Assembly: GCA_951406725.2 (NCBI GenBank) | Contig: OX597821.1 | Span: forward strand, 89,032,001 to 89,096,000 | From: Octopus vulgaris | Taxonomy: Eukaryota | Direction: 5' to 3' | Length of the DNA: 64,000 nucleotides | Part shown: piece by piece, positions 27,590 to 40,718 of the stretch | Layout of the letters: the number at the start of each line of letters is the position of its first letter | Position numbering within the stretch: position 1 is the stretch's first letter | Made by a program: the position numbers and the translations under genes | Notes under the pieces: generated by a model | What the model saw: only the letters and a program-made list of their open reading frames with translations | What the model was told of the DNA's origin: nothing | The model's database searches: none

Positions 27590-28040
27590 GCATGCCCAAC
27601 CTACCACTTCCTTCCTTCAATCGCGCCCACAACCTGCATCACCTCCTAGTCCACAGTTTCTCCCTTAACCCCACCTCCCGGCCTGGCTATTTCCTCTGCT
27701 CCCGCCCACGCTTCCGTACTTGTCTCCACCTCTCCAACACCATCATCCTCGCTGGGACCAATCATCATACCTATCACATCACCGACTCCTTTATTTGCAC
27801 TTCCAGCAACGTCATTTACTGCATCTCCTGCTCTTTCTGCTCTGCCATGTACATCGCGAGCACCGCTTGGCTGATCGGTTCGCGGAGCACCGCTGAGACA
27901 TCAGACTCGGCAATTACACCTCGGTCTCACACCATTTCCGCTCTACCGGTCATTCACCAAAGCATCTGTCTGTGTTCGGACTGTCTTTGCACAGGCTCCA
28001 TCCAGACTCACACCTTCGCCGTGAACAGGGACTAATCTTC
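27590..28040 (+). pseudogene. Penelope-like element GIY-YIG endonuclease fragment (Neptune-type Cys linker)
   Basis: CSRPRFRTCLHL...FICTSSNVIYCISCSFCSAMYI, then after a frameshift RLADRFAEHR*DI...VSHHF...RREQGLIF. Confidence 0.85.
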
Positions 28041-28389
28041 ATATATATAATAGACTCTCCCTTCGGTTTCCACCTACGTGCTCTTTCTTTGTCAGTCATA
28101 ATGCTTATGTTGACAATTAAGTGATTGCATAAGGAAGCTCTCAATTCTACCAATCTCATACTTGTTAAACAATTTCACTCGTGTAATGTTAAAGTACCTA
28201 ATATCTCGTTTCTTAGGGATAACATAGTCTATCAGATACGTCCAGGTTATCTTGCAACAATTTCGCTGTTGTAAAAAGGTATTTGTGATGCTTAGACTGA
28301 ATATACCCTGCATATGGAGAGTACACGCTGACCGCTGGAGTTCATTCGACCTACACCATGACGATCAAGTACATCCTCGCTTGCCTGAT

Positions 28390-29570
28390 AGTCAATACCA
28401 ATATGAGTATTAAAATTACCCATAAGGATTAGCTTATCCCTTTAGTGATAACTGGAAATGACATCACGATGTTGGTTGTTAAAATCATTTTTTCATGCAC
28501 GTTGCTGACCATGCTTGGGGCAAAACAACTCACAAGCGTAGCACAAGTGTTGTGATCAAGTTCCAAAGTTTGTGTGATGGTGCAGTCAGAAATACCCTTG
28601 GGTAGAGAAACAAGGGATCTAGCTATTTCTGTTTTGATGGGAAAACCAACACCAGAGTGGCGTGTCTCATCCACATTTCTTCCATACTAAAAAAATATGA
28701 AACCACCCTTACTTTCTTCTAACTATGCCGATCCTGCAAGACGAGTTTCATTGAGTGCGGCTTTGTCAGTTTTGTATTTCTTTAGTTCAAAGATAACCAG
28801 TGCTGCTTATCGTACTGGTGGTGAGTGACTGTCTTGGAAGAGCACACATACCAAGAACCAATGTTAATATTCTTAGATTTGATCATAATACGACTGCGTT
28901 ACTGAATAACCAGAGAGCTGCAGCGGACTGCCATGTTTAAGGTGAGTAAGTAACGTTTGGGGCTCCTTTTCTCACCCCTTCTCCTGTTGAGAAAAACAGT
29001 GCTGTGTCTAAATAGACCTATTTTGTCACCACTGGAGGACACAGACAGCACAGTTACTCACAAGTTCTGTGCTGGAACAGCCATCACTCATTGGTCTCCG
29101 ACTATGTAGACATCCAGCAAGAGACTTCCAATAATATCCTTTACTTATCCCTTCCGCTTTCACTCTCTCCCCAGAGGTCTTTTTGATTCTTGCAAGTTGA
29201 AGGTGTGTCGTATTGAATGAATAAATGTGTCAGAAGACCCACTCATATGATTTGATTTGAGTGTTGAAGGCTTGTGTAAAACCAGCCACACTTTTCGGAA
29301 GTGATGATAGCAAGAATATGGTGCACATATGTGCCACAATACCAAGAACAATACGCTTCAGGCTTTTCTTCAGAGGTTTCCATCTCACAGACACGCCGCT
29401 ATAAAGAAGCAGGAGAGTCTAGTCTACAGTATGAGTTTGTTGATAGTACAGCACTGTTAAGGAGACCGTCACCAACCAAAGATCAGGTTTTACATCAGAG
29501 TTTCTTTTATATAAAAGTTTCCCTTTCCTAGATGGGACGCTTTCACCACTGTTAAGGCTTCCTCTGTCCC
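28390..29570 (-). pseudogene. RTE-clade LINE 5' part (5' UTR + APE endonuclease), decayed
   Basis: NINIGSW..., ETRLAGS, RHSGVGFPIK, LPKGISDC, ATLVSCFAP; RTE-like 5' motif CCCATCTAGGAAAGGGAAACT. Confidence 0.75.
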
Positions 29571-30695
29571 CTAATATATGGAATTATGGAATTAAATGCA
29601 TCAAATTTACATTATAATGACTCTAAGTCTTTCCTTTTTGGGATTTTCTTTTCTGAAGTCTCTCGAATTGGAAGATAAGGTCATACATTCTAAGAAACAA
29701 ACAAGTAAGTCCTAATCTACTTCAGGCTCACACAAAAAAGGGAATTTCTAGAATGTATGTACGTAATCTTGTATATAAATTTATGTGCATATAAGGTATG
29801 TACATGAGAACGAATTGTAACGAATAAATACCTTAACGGAATCAGAACAACGCTTCTAAAAGTGTTGAACTACATTTCATGGCCACTATCAGTATCCTTT
29901 TGTATTTTGACTTGTTGAAACAGCATAGGGCAGTTACTTTTCTCTTTCTGTTAATTTCTCTTCTGCATATCTTAGGAAGGAGCGTCTGAAAGAAATATTG
30001 ACAGGATTTTATTTTCCACAATACAAATAAATCGGGCTTTACTTTAATTTAAATATTTTTGATTGAATCGCTCTCCGTAAAGCGGAGTGTGAAATGGATT
30101 CGAGAGATTTCGGATTTTATATTAAAAAAGGAGACTTTTTCAGTTACCGTTTGTATACTTGTTACAAACCTAGTAAAATATTATAGGTTTCAGTATTTCT
30201 ATGCTCTTCAGGAATATATGTCTGTACACCTGTATAAATGTTGGAAAAATCGCAAAAAACAACATGCGTACAGAGATGGATACACATGCATCACGCATGC
30301 GTACACACACATGTATATATTTATATGCACATGCATATATTTATATGCACACCCGTACGTAAGTTTTTTTCTTTATATTTCATATATTATAATGTCATTT
30401 TATATTTAGTTTTCACGACAGTTACGATTGAAAACGGAGTTTTGTATGGCTAAATCCAATCAGTGCTATACTTAATAAACCAGTTAACAATATTCCTGTT
30501 CTGAAACTCTAGTGAAAGGCACAAGGTGAGTCCGGTGAAAGGTTTTATCAATACAGTTTGTTTCTGTATGGTTACATGAAATTTCATTTGAATACATTCT
30601 GAATAAATTCTATGTCAAAAGGTTTTGTCTATTTTACAATGATTTATATGGCAATGCGTCGAAATCAATATGTACGCTTGATAAGTATACAATAG

Positions 30696-30763
<68 letters not shown>

Positions 30764-30947
30764 AAAGTCCGTGTATGCGTGTATCAGCGCACGCGCGTAT
30801 GTATGTCTGTGTGTGTTTGTGTGTGTGTATGTGTGTTTGTGTATGTGCGCAAACTTAATTGCAATCTTATAGCTGTACAAACCTCATTTCCACATCAAAG
30901 ACTCCCCACTTCTATTCTTTGAATTCAAAGAACTGTTTCACATATGT

Positions 30948-30990
<43 letters not shown>

Positions 30991-31654
30991 CATACATACA
31001 TACATACATACATACATACATACATACATACATAAATATATATATATACACTATATATATATATATGTGTGTATGTTTGTTATATATGTATGTATATGTA
31101 TATATGTATATAGACACACACACACATATAAATACATGCATACATATATTTGCATATATATATATACATACATAAATGTATACCTACGTACATAGACATA
31201 TGTTTCTATGCATGCAAGTGTGCCAGTTCAAATATATGATTATGTGTTTAAGTAATTATCACCTCCGTGTGGATTCGTGTAACAAATGTATGCCCTGTTG
31301 ATTTTCACTCGGTTTCTACTCGACGTAGCTAAAATATCTGTCTTTCCTTTTAGTTCATGTTTAGTATTACTATTTTACGTTGCAACTCAAAGAATATTCC
31401 GCTTTTTGTTTGTTCCCTGCACATAAAATGTGTTATTTGGGGCATTTTCAGCTTGCATCTTGGAGGCGAGTCTTTTTTTTTTTCTTAAAATCTCTATTTT
31501 GACAATTAGACGCCTTATTTTTCAACAGCCCGTTGTAAAGAAAATATTACATGAGTCCGTAGTGAATAAACAAAGAATGGTGGTGGTGGTGTTCATGACA
31601 ATATTATTATCATGAAGATCATGACAATAATAAAAATGATGGTTTCAAATTCTG

Positions 31655-31985
31655 GCAGAAGGTCAGCAGCTTCAGACAAGCGTGAAAGTTGATTACATAG
31701 AAAGGAAAAGTCGACTACAGCAGATTTGAACTTAAAACGTAAAGAGGAACGAAATGCCACTAAGCATTTTGATCGACGCGCCTACGCCTCTACCAGCCCG
31801 CCCCCAATAATGTTATTAGTAAATTATAATGTTCTGAGTTCAAATTCCGCCGAGGTTGACTTTGCCTTTCATCCTTTCGTAGTCGATAAATAAAGTACCA
31901 GTTTCGCACTGGGGTCGATGTAATCGACTTAATCCCTTTGTTTGTCCCCTCTGTGTTTAGCCCCTTGTAGGCAATAAAAAAATAT
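31655..31985. mobile_element. Two SINE family 3 pieces in opposite orientation
   Basis: 31828-31985 (+) has GACTTTGCCTTTCATCCTTTCG...GATAAATAAAGTACC; 31655-31810 is a decayed reverse copy. Confidence 0.65.
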
Positions 31986-32024
31986 ATAATAGCTTTAATA
32001 ACACTGATTATTATCATTATTATT

Positions 32025-32655
32025 GAGTGAGAGAGCAATGCATACCATCAGAATGATACTAGGTTACAAATACATGAAATACAATATACTCATCAAAGCT
32101 ACCCGCCTGATAAGGGTACAGGAGGCACATGCATCACAACCATATGTGTGCGACATGGTTATCTGATATCAAGATAAGAAGCACATTGCCTTACAGGTGG
32201 GTCCCAGTATGAATTTTCTTCAGGTTGAGTAACCCATCCCACTCAAGAGGTACCTGAATAAGGGTTGTTTAAGGATGTTGAACGAAACATCCATGTTGCC
32301 AGAGGTGACTTATTCAAACTCTAAAGTATTTTTTCTCAACACATGGTTACGATACTCCTCCAACTTTTGCTTGTGATCAGAGATGCACATATCGTCAGCC
32401 ACCAAAGGACATGCTCAATTGTTTTTTCTTCGCGACACCTCGAGCAAAGAACTCACTATAGTCAATGACAGGCAGTAAAACAAACACACCAATTTACAAA
32501 ATCCAAGGTATGTAGGAAATAAAATGGTTTAGATAGGTGGTAACCGTTCTCAGAGTGACAATGCTCTTCCCCAAACGTGTGACGCACTAGTTAAAGCAAT
32601 ACTTTGCACATCTTGCAGGAATGGCAAGCCAGAAATCATTGTCAAATAATTTCAC
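32025..32655 (-). mobile_element. (TAA)n-associated repeat (32025-32420) fused to a decayed R4/Dong 3' end (32420-32655)
   Basis: First part homologous to 51410-51800; second part homologous to 49860-50115. Confidence 0.7.
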
Positions 32656-34944
32656 GAGTCAAAGTAGTAATAAGCATATTTTGACCTTTGTTAACCACAC
32701 GAGTGCAAACAGCCCCTTATTGGTTCCCTGTCGATATCTATTGAATTTCTTTATAGATTAAGGATATCTGATTGTAAGTCAGTCAAACTATGTCTCTTCC
32801 TCCTACTATCCACCAGCTTTCATTTACTTATTATTATTATCATCATTTCCATTAGCTACGAGGGTCCAAAAAATGAGGGCAATATAAAGGCAAAATACTT
32901 CACTCAGATAATAATCTTAACAAGCAAAAGATATAGCAATAAAGTTTCAACACAATATTCATTCACCAGGTTTTTGCAAGATTACCGAGAATGAAATCCC
33001 CCACAGAATGCTTTATTACGGTGCCACTTCCAAGTCATAAAAATAGGCTAATGGTTACGTATTTTGTTTCGTTTATTTTATGTATTGCACAAGGCCATAA
33101 ATCTTGCCTCAAGGATTTAGTCGATTAGTTAGACCCCGATAGAAAAGATCCCTGGTTTGAATTTTTTTTGTAAAGGATCATCATAATGTCAATCCCGACA
33201 TAATTAGGAATCTACTATAAATGCACAGAAGGCGCCTATAAATGCATAACCTATCTGAAATGTATATATATATATACGGCTAAACGTTTCACGGTATTAT
33301 ATTTTTGAGGAGGACCTGTATGAAGTGTTCTTTGTGAAACCGTAGAAGCAGTCGAAACATTAAAGAGAGTAACACAGAAGAGTAAGGCATTTTGCCACTC
33401 ATTTCCGAACGACAACAACAACAACAACAATAATGGTAACGGCAGAATCTTTTTGTTATGAATGAGGATGTTTCAAAAATTAATGTGATTTAAAAACAAA
33501 AATTGTATTTCATTTTTCATATTTGATTTGAAATCTTATGACTATTACATTACTACTGCATTGTTAAATTAGGTTCTTCTACCTATTTCACTCGCTTTTT
33601 ATCATTTCTTTATTCTTTTATTTATTTATTGGTTCCTTCATTCGTTCATTTTGTTCAATAGCACCAGTCAGCTCTGCTTGAATAAATCTATGGCACAAAG
33701 TTATCTGATCAAAACGTCATTTAGTCTAACTGTGACCATTTAGATTTCATTGTGGGAAATGGCTTTTGAAATGTAAACCCAGATTTTGTAACGCAATCTT
33801 GTCGATGTGAAAAATGTGTGGTCACTGTAAAAGGTTATTGGTGATTGTAATGGCAAACCTTTGCAAAGTTTGTGATGATTTTAACTGGGTATTATTCATG
33901 ATTATTGAGGGATTCGGTATTGTTGATTTCTATTTTTTATCAGATATGTGGCGATTCAATCGTTTTGATTGTATTCAATGCGATTAGGTTGTATAGTCAA
34001 CCCTTTAAGAAGTTTTAAAGGATTCACTTTATTGATCCGATTGCCTAGAAGCCGATGTCGGTTGCATGCCTATAACATTTGTATATAACGGGTAAAGAAA
34101 ACGTGCAATAGGAGAGTTTAATTCGTATAGGTAGGTGCAAGTGATGACTTTCACGTAACATAGACAGGGGAAGGTACATACACTCATGTACACACACAAC
34201 ATACACACATATCCACACACACGTAAATAAGCATTTATATATATATGTATATATGAATCACTCATTCTGTATCGCTCATACATTCATACATACATACATA
34301 CATAGATATATACATACATACATACATACATAAAAATATACATACATACATACGTGCATACACACATATATATAAATATAATTATATGCACGTACACATA
34401 TATATACTTATTTACATATGTAAATACTCACTCACACACACACACACACACACACACCGCATATATATTACATTATATGTATACCTACAGGGTGAAGCAC
34501 ACACACACACACACCTCTACGCCTGATAACTTGCTCGCATAAAGACGTGTCTTTGTTGTGAAATACACTCACAATTACTTTTCGACTAAAGTTTGAAGCA
34601 AACACATTTAAGTCTTGATGACATTCCATACTTCCATTATAGTTGCTACTCACTTTATTTAACCAACAGGAAAATGTAATATCGTCGTGCCTTCACCGAA
34701 TTCCTTTTAAATTGAATTCTTGGAGAAAAGCATAGATCTGAATAAAGAACTATTCTCAGCATGCCACCAAATTTCGATGGCTTTCTCCAGTCGTCATTGT
34801 TTCTTTTTTTCTTTCTTTTTTTTCTTTCTTTCTTATTAATATCATTGCATCAAACTCTTTAATCATTCACTCAAAAATCTCTTCCGAACATGCAATGCTT
34901 TAACTCCTCCAAAAGACAGCACAACAAAATAGCTACCCTTACCA

Positions 34945-34948
34945 TACA

Positions 34949-35013
<65 letters not shown>

Positions 35014-35066
35014 CAAAGTGGAGTATATATGTATATATATATATGTACATATATATATATATATAC

Positions 35067-35106
<40 letters not shown>

Positions 35107-35181
35107 GTATATATATGTATATATATATGTATATATGTATATATATGTATATATATATGTATATATATATATATAAATATG

Positions 35182-35212
<31 letters not shown>

Positions 35213-35256
35213 GCATATATACATATATGTATATATATACGTATATATATATACAT

Positions 35257-35346
<90 letters not shown>

Positions 35347-35717
35347 TGTGTGTGTGTAAAAGAAAAGAAACACCCTCTCCACTTTCATTAATTCCAACGT
35401 CAGTTTCCTTGCACGATATTAGCCATCTTGGAAACAGTTTGCAATAGTGTTCCCATTCGTGTCGTTTTATGCACATCCCGTTTAAGTAGTTTATCACTGT
35501 TCGTCATTGATAGATAACTTAATGAAATCGAGAAACAAAACAAATGTATTCATAAGAAGAAAAGTGAAATAAATAACACAAGCAAACCCGGCTAATATAC
35601 AAAACTTATATTTACATATTCGAGCACTGTGTTTACTCAGATCTTTCTAGTTGTTGCTGTTGTTGTTGATGATATTGTTGCTATTGTTGTTGTTGTTGTT
35701 GTTGTTGTTGTTCTTCT

Positions 35718-35752
<35 letters not shown>

Positions 35753-35864
35753 TTCTTCTTTACATTATTATTATTATTATTATTATTATTAGTAGTAGTA
35801 GTCGTCGTAGTAGCAGTAGTAGTTGTAGCAGTAGTAGTTGTAGCAGTAGTGTAGTAGTAGTAGT

Positions 35865-35919
<55 letters not shown>

Positions 35920-36024
35920 ATAGTAGTAGTAGTAGAAGCAGTCGTATTATGAATGTGTGATTGTTATGAATATTAAATGGAACGAACTAATTTCCTGTGC
36001 TTATATGTCTGTATAAATAAATCC

Positions 36025-36055
<31 letters not shown>

Positions 36056-36059
36056 ATAA

Positions 36060-36091
<32 letters not shown>

Positions 36092-36368
36092 ATATACGTA
36101 TACATATACATATACATATGTAAATATACATATACATATACATATATACATATACATATATATATATACATATATATAAATACATGTACATATAAATATA
36201 CACATACATATACATGTATTATATACACATATATATACATATACGTATACACATACATATACATTTATACATAAATATATATACATATATATACATATAC
36301 ATATATGTGTATGAATATATATATATATATGTATACACGTATATATATATATACATATATATGTGCGG

Positions 36369-36420
<52 letters not shown>
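34945..36420. repeat. Microsatellite cluster: (TA)n/(TG)n and (GTT)(CTT)(ATT)(AGT)n
   Basis: Direct reading; short unique spacers between tracts. Confidence 0.9.
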
Positions 36421-36422
<2 letters not shown>

Positions 36423-36510
36423 ACATTCAGATCCAGTTGAAATTACGTACCTAAGTTGAAGCAGCAAAATTAGTGCGGTATTAACTGTACAACTGAAAGT
36501 AAGGTGAAAA

Positions 36511-38076
36511 AAATCAAAATAAGCAACAGGATATCCAGAATTGATGCAGTACGACCGTTTCAAGCGGCTTCATTTAATTATTACATCAATTTTAATGCAG
36601 GGCTATTCACAGATGCATAAATAGAATTTTTTAATCAGTCGGATACATTAATATGCTTTTACTTAAATACTCCAATAGAGCAAGAATATAGACAAAGTTC
36701 ATGATGCCACAGCTGTAGCCTAGAATATACAAGACTTCAAGAAAAGTATGAGAGTTTGTTGGGGTCATAAGTTTTAATTTATTAGTCTTGTTTATCAGTT
36801 ACCAAATCTAAGGCTAGAGAACTATGACTGTTTAGAATGCAGGGCAGGAGTGAGTTGACAGTACATAGTTGGGTATGGTCATAAATATTGTCAAGAATCT
36901 TTTTGAATTAGTATAAAGTAACTGTCTATAAAGGAGGCTAGGTAGTGGAAGATCCCAAATCAAGATGTTAATTACCAGTTAAAGGGGCAAGACGCTAATA
37001 AAACCAATGCTGTTAATACAGAGTAAATTTTATCATGGAGTACTGTAAGTGATTGCTAATAAACAATATTGTTATGTTGTATAAAGATAAAGTTTAGGAT
37101 TATCAAAATGATTTCGTAACCAAACAAATAACATTTGTATATATACAAAATTTTCAACAATATATAAAGGAAGATTACATAGAATTAGTTTAATATTCCT
37201 TCATATAATTAATTATTTACTTATTAGGTGGTTTCTATAAAGATTGCTCCGAGTATTTAGTAATAGAATACTGGGGCGATAAACTATTCTACCTATATAT
37301 TAATTATAAGCCAAGAATCAGAAAAAAAAATCTGGAAAAATAAAAGCTATGTAAAGAAACACACATATTTATCTATGTGTGTACATGCAAATGTACACAA
37401 ATATTTATATATTTTATGGATATAATATAATTAACTCTTTTAAACTTAATTAACTAGAAATATATATTAATACAACGTAACAATAATGTTTATTATCAAT
37501 CACCTATAGTACCCCATGATAAAATTTCCTCTGTATTAACAGCATTGGTTTTATTAGCGTCTTGCCCCTTTAACTGGTAATTAACATCTTGATTCGGTGT
37601 CTTCCACTACCCATCCTCCTTTATTGACAGTTACTTTATACTACTTCAAAAAAATCTTGACAATATTTATTATCATACCCAAATATATACTGTCAACTTA
37701 CTCATGCCTCTATTCCAAGCAGACATAGTCCTCTAGTCTTCGGATTGGTAATTGATAAACAAGACTAATAAATTAAAACTTGACCAAAATCCCTTACAAG
37801 TTATGACCCCAACAAACTCTCATACTTTTCTTGAAGTCTTTTATATTCTAAGCTACCGCAGTTGCAGCATGGTCTTTGTCTATCTTCTTGCTCTATTGGA
37901 GTATTTAAGTAAAATTATATTAATGCGTCAGAATGATTAAAAAATTCTATTTATTTATGCATCTGACAACAGCCCTGCATTTAAATTGATGTAATGATTG
38001 CATTGTTCAAAGAAATAGAGTCGCTCGAAACGGTCGTACTGCATCAATTCTGGATATCCTGTTGCTTATTTTGATT
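36511..38076. mobile_element. Large inverted repeat (~570-600-bp arms), probable PLE with inverted pseudo-LTR
   Basis: 36511-37082 is a diverged reverse complement of 37470-38076; arms carry a decayed HHR (ATGCAT CTGACAA ... GAAACGGTCGT A CTGCAT, 37957-38044). Confidence 0.75.
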
Positions 38077-38826
38077 ATATATAAATACGGATACATAGAT
38101 ATAAATACTAATATAATTACCGATGCAAGACCACATGTGTACGTGTGTGCGCGCGTGTTCGTATACGAAATTGATTAGTAGTTTCTTCTGTATAATATTT
38201 ATCAGAATCACACACAGTACAAACACACACACACAACTACACATGAGTGTCTCTACATGTACCCTTGTTTGGTTACTTGACATATCAAAAATGGCGTCAG
38301 TTAACTCTCCTTGAAACTAGTGAGCTCTACGATTCTAGAACAGCATTCGTGAAAAGAAAGTACGGTAACCCTACCTGGAATACGATTCTAATACCAGATA
38401 ATTCAACATATACCACAAAGAGTGTCTCTAAGCAGTTCCTTGATATGCTAGAAATAAAAGGCATTCGAACCTCCACTCAAATTGCTCACGGTGTTTAACA
38501 AAGAACGAATCCCCGATATCACTATTAAAGGGATCATCATGCGTAGAAGATTTCTGACCATGGGCCTTTAACTGGCTCTAAAAGTACGGCAACGCGGTAG
38601 ACATGTACCGCTTCAACAAGGTATAATGGCAGAGAATATAGAGTGTACTACTATTATACCTAGTTCTTTGACAAGCTACGTGACCTAGATCGGCTTGAGG
38701 ATGCAGACGAAGGATTAAATATATATACATGGAAAATCTAGATAACTTAGACATATTTCGACCAAAGATTGGCCCAGGCCATGTCTAACTTAATAGCATC
38801 ACCTGATAGGATTAGCTAATTCCTTT

Positions 38827-39650
38827 TTAAATCAAGTTTTGTGGTATCATGGCCCATTCCAGTAGGGAGATCTTGTTGAGTGAGCTGCATCCAGGTATAG
38901 GTGACTGACCTGGTACCCTTTGAAAAAAATTGTCCATACACCGTTTAAAGGTGATGGGATCCGTTTGATCTGTTTTGGGACAATGTTGAATAGGGCAGGG
39001 CCTGTTGAGGAAAAGAAATTGTATTGCAGTATTTATGTGTTGCGATCCTGAATTAGGTAGGGGACGTATGATACGTGGTCTTAGCCTTGGATGAATTCTG
39101 AAACTAATGTTGAGGTCGTTTAGGCAACGTTCGTGGTATATTCTCCACATTGTGAAAATGATGTGTCACTCATGGCGGCGCGTGAGAGAATGCGGTTTCA
39201 ATGCTTTAAGGCGCTTCCAATAATCAAGATCAGTCATGCCCTTAATTCTTTGAATGAAGGCCCTCTAGGGTGATTCAATTTTCGTAATGTTTTGTTTTGT
39301 GTGGGAAGACCACAGGAGGCAGCAGTATTTGAGGTGTGGCGGTACAGAGGAGAGGAAAAGGGGAATGTTGTTACCTTGTTCTCTAGACCGAAAAGTTCTT
39401 ATAAACCAGGAGCTTATCCTACCAGCAATATCGACTTTATTGCTGATGTGGGCACTCCAGCTGTTATTGTTGTCAACAATTACTCCTAGATCTCTGGTAT
39501 TATTAGATGCTGTGCGTGGTTCGTCTGAAGGAAGAGAATATGGTTGTTTTAGCACAGTTTTTTCCCAAAATGCTTCAGTTCAAATTTTCTCTCGTTCAAT
39601 CGCATTGGAAGACGCTCAATGTAAGTCTGTGGAAGTGATGCAAGTCTGAT
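38827..39650 (-). pseudogene. Decayed CR1 LINE ORF2 3' fragment
   Basis: RDLGVIVDNNNSWSAHI, RTFRSR, PHLKYCCLLWS, TFKRCMDNFFQRVP. Confidence 0.85.
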
Positions 39651-40562
39651 GAAGTGTTACTATAATGTCTAAGACCGGAAATATTATGTAAGTTTTCACT
39701 TCGAATTTTTGCATAAACTGGCGTTGCAAGCAGAGTTGGTACAGAAACAATTGTAACGAATCATTAAAGATGTGTTGCCAGTAGAGACTACCAATACCCT
39801 CCTGGTAATATTGGCTTTACAGTTATAGTCAGTGTTTCATCGAGGAAGTCATGTAACCAAGAGGTTGCACATACACCTAGAAATCTCTCTCAAACTTAAT
39901 TATCAGAAACGATCCAATGGTTAATGGAGTCTTGGATTTTGATAACCATTTTAACTAATTATTCAGTTTCGGTTTAAAACTGATCAAGATATTTACACGG
40001 TTTCACTTAAGGCAAATTCTAAATCCACTTTCACATTAGCTCACCTTTGTGACTAGTCATATTTTAAATTGTTTTTAGGGACCGGTCATATTTGATAGGA
40101 TTGACATGATCCATCTTATTTTTTGAGTCACTATCACTCTTATCTTTGACAAGCTATTTCGCTAACATCAGTTTTGCACTAATCAGTAACTAGTCTAGGG
40201 ACTCCTAAGCTGTAAACCATAAATTTCAGTAGGCCAATTTAATTTGAAATCTTTACATTTCCAACATACACACACACATATATATGAAGATTTGTGCGTA
40301 TGAATGTCTTCTTGTTTGTTGGACAAGAGACCTTGCGAATTATAGAAACTATGCAAAACATTTGATTCCGAGAGTACCGTGTAATGAGTTATTTCAAATG
40401 TCTGCTTCCGATCTGAAGGATGCATGATATTACAGCCTAACGAATATGGATACAACGATAATTTTTCTCCAGATGAAACATCTTTTGAGTTGAAATGAAT
40501 CATTGCAATCATATATATATATACATATGCATATATACATATACATACATATATATACATAC

Positions 40563-40603
<41 letters not shown>

Positions 40604-40718
40604 CATACATAAATATATATATATATATACGTTGATGTATAAAATCCTTAAAATCCTTAAAAATGTTTTAGCCCGAAGGCCGCGGCCATGCTGGGGCACC
40701 ACCGCTGAATGAGCTACA

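Noticed and set aside
34500-35520. Unique-looking segments as possible host exons
   Set aside because: No convincing splice sites with an open frame and no recognisable protein.
34863-36563. Many [14 protein letters not shown] ORFs here and throughout the window
   Set aside because: Dinucleotide microsatellite artefacts.
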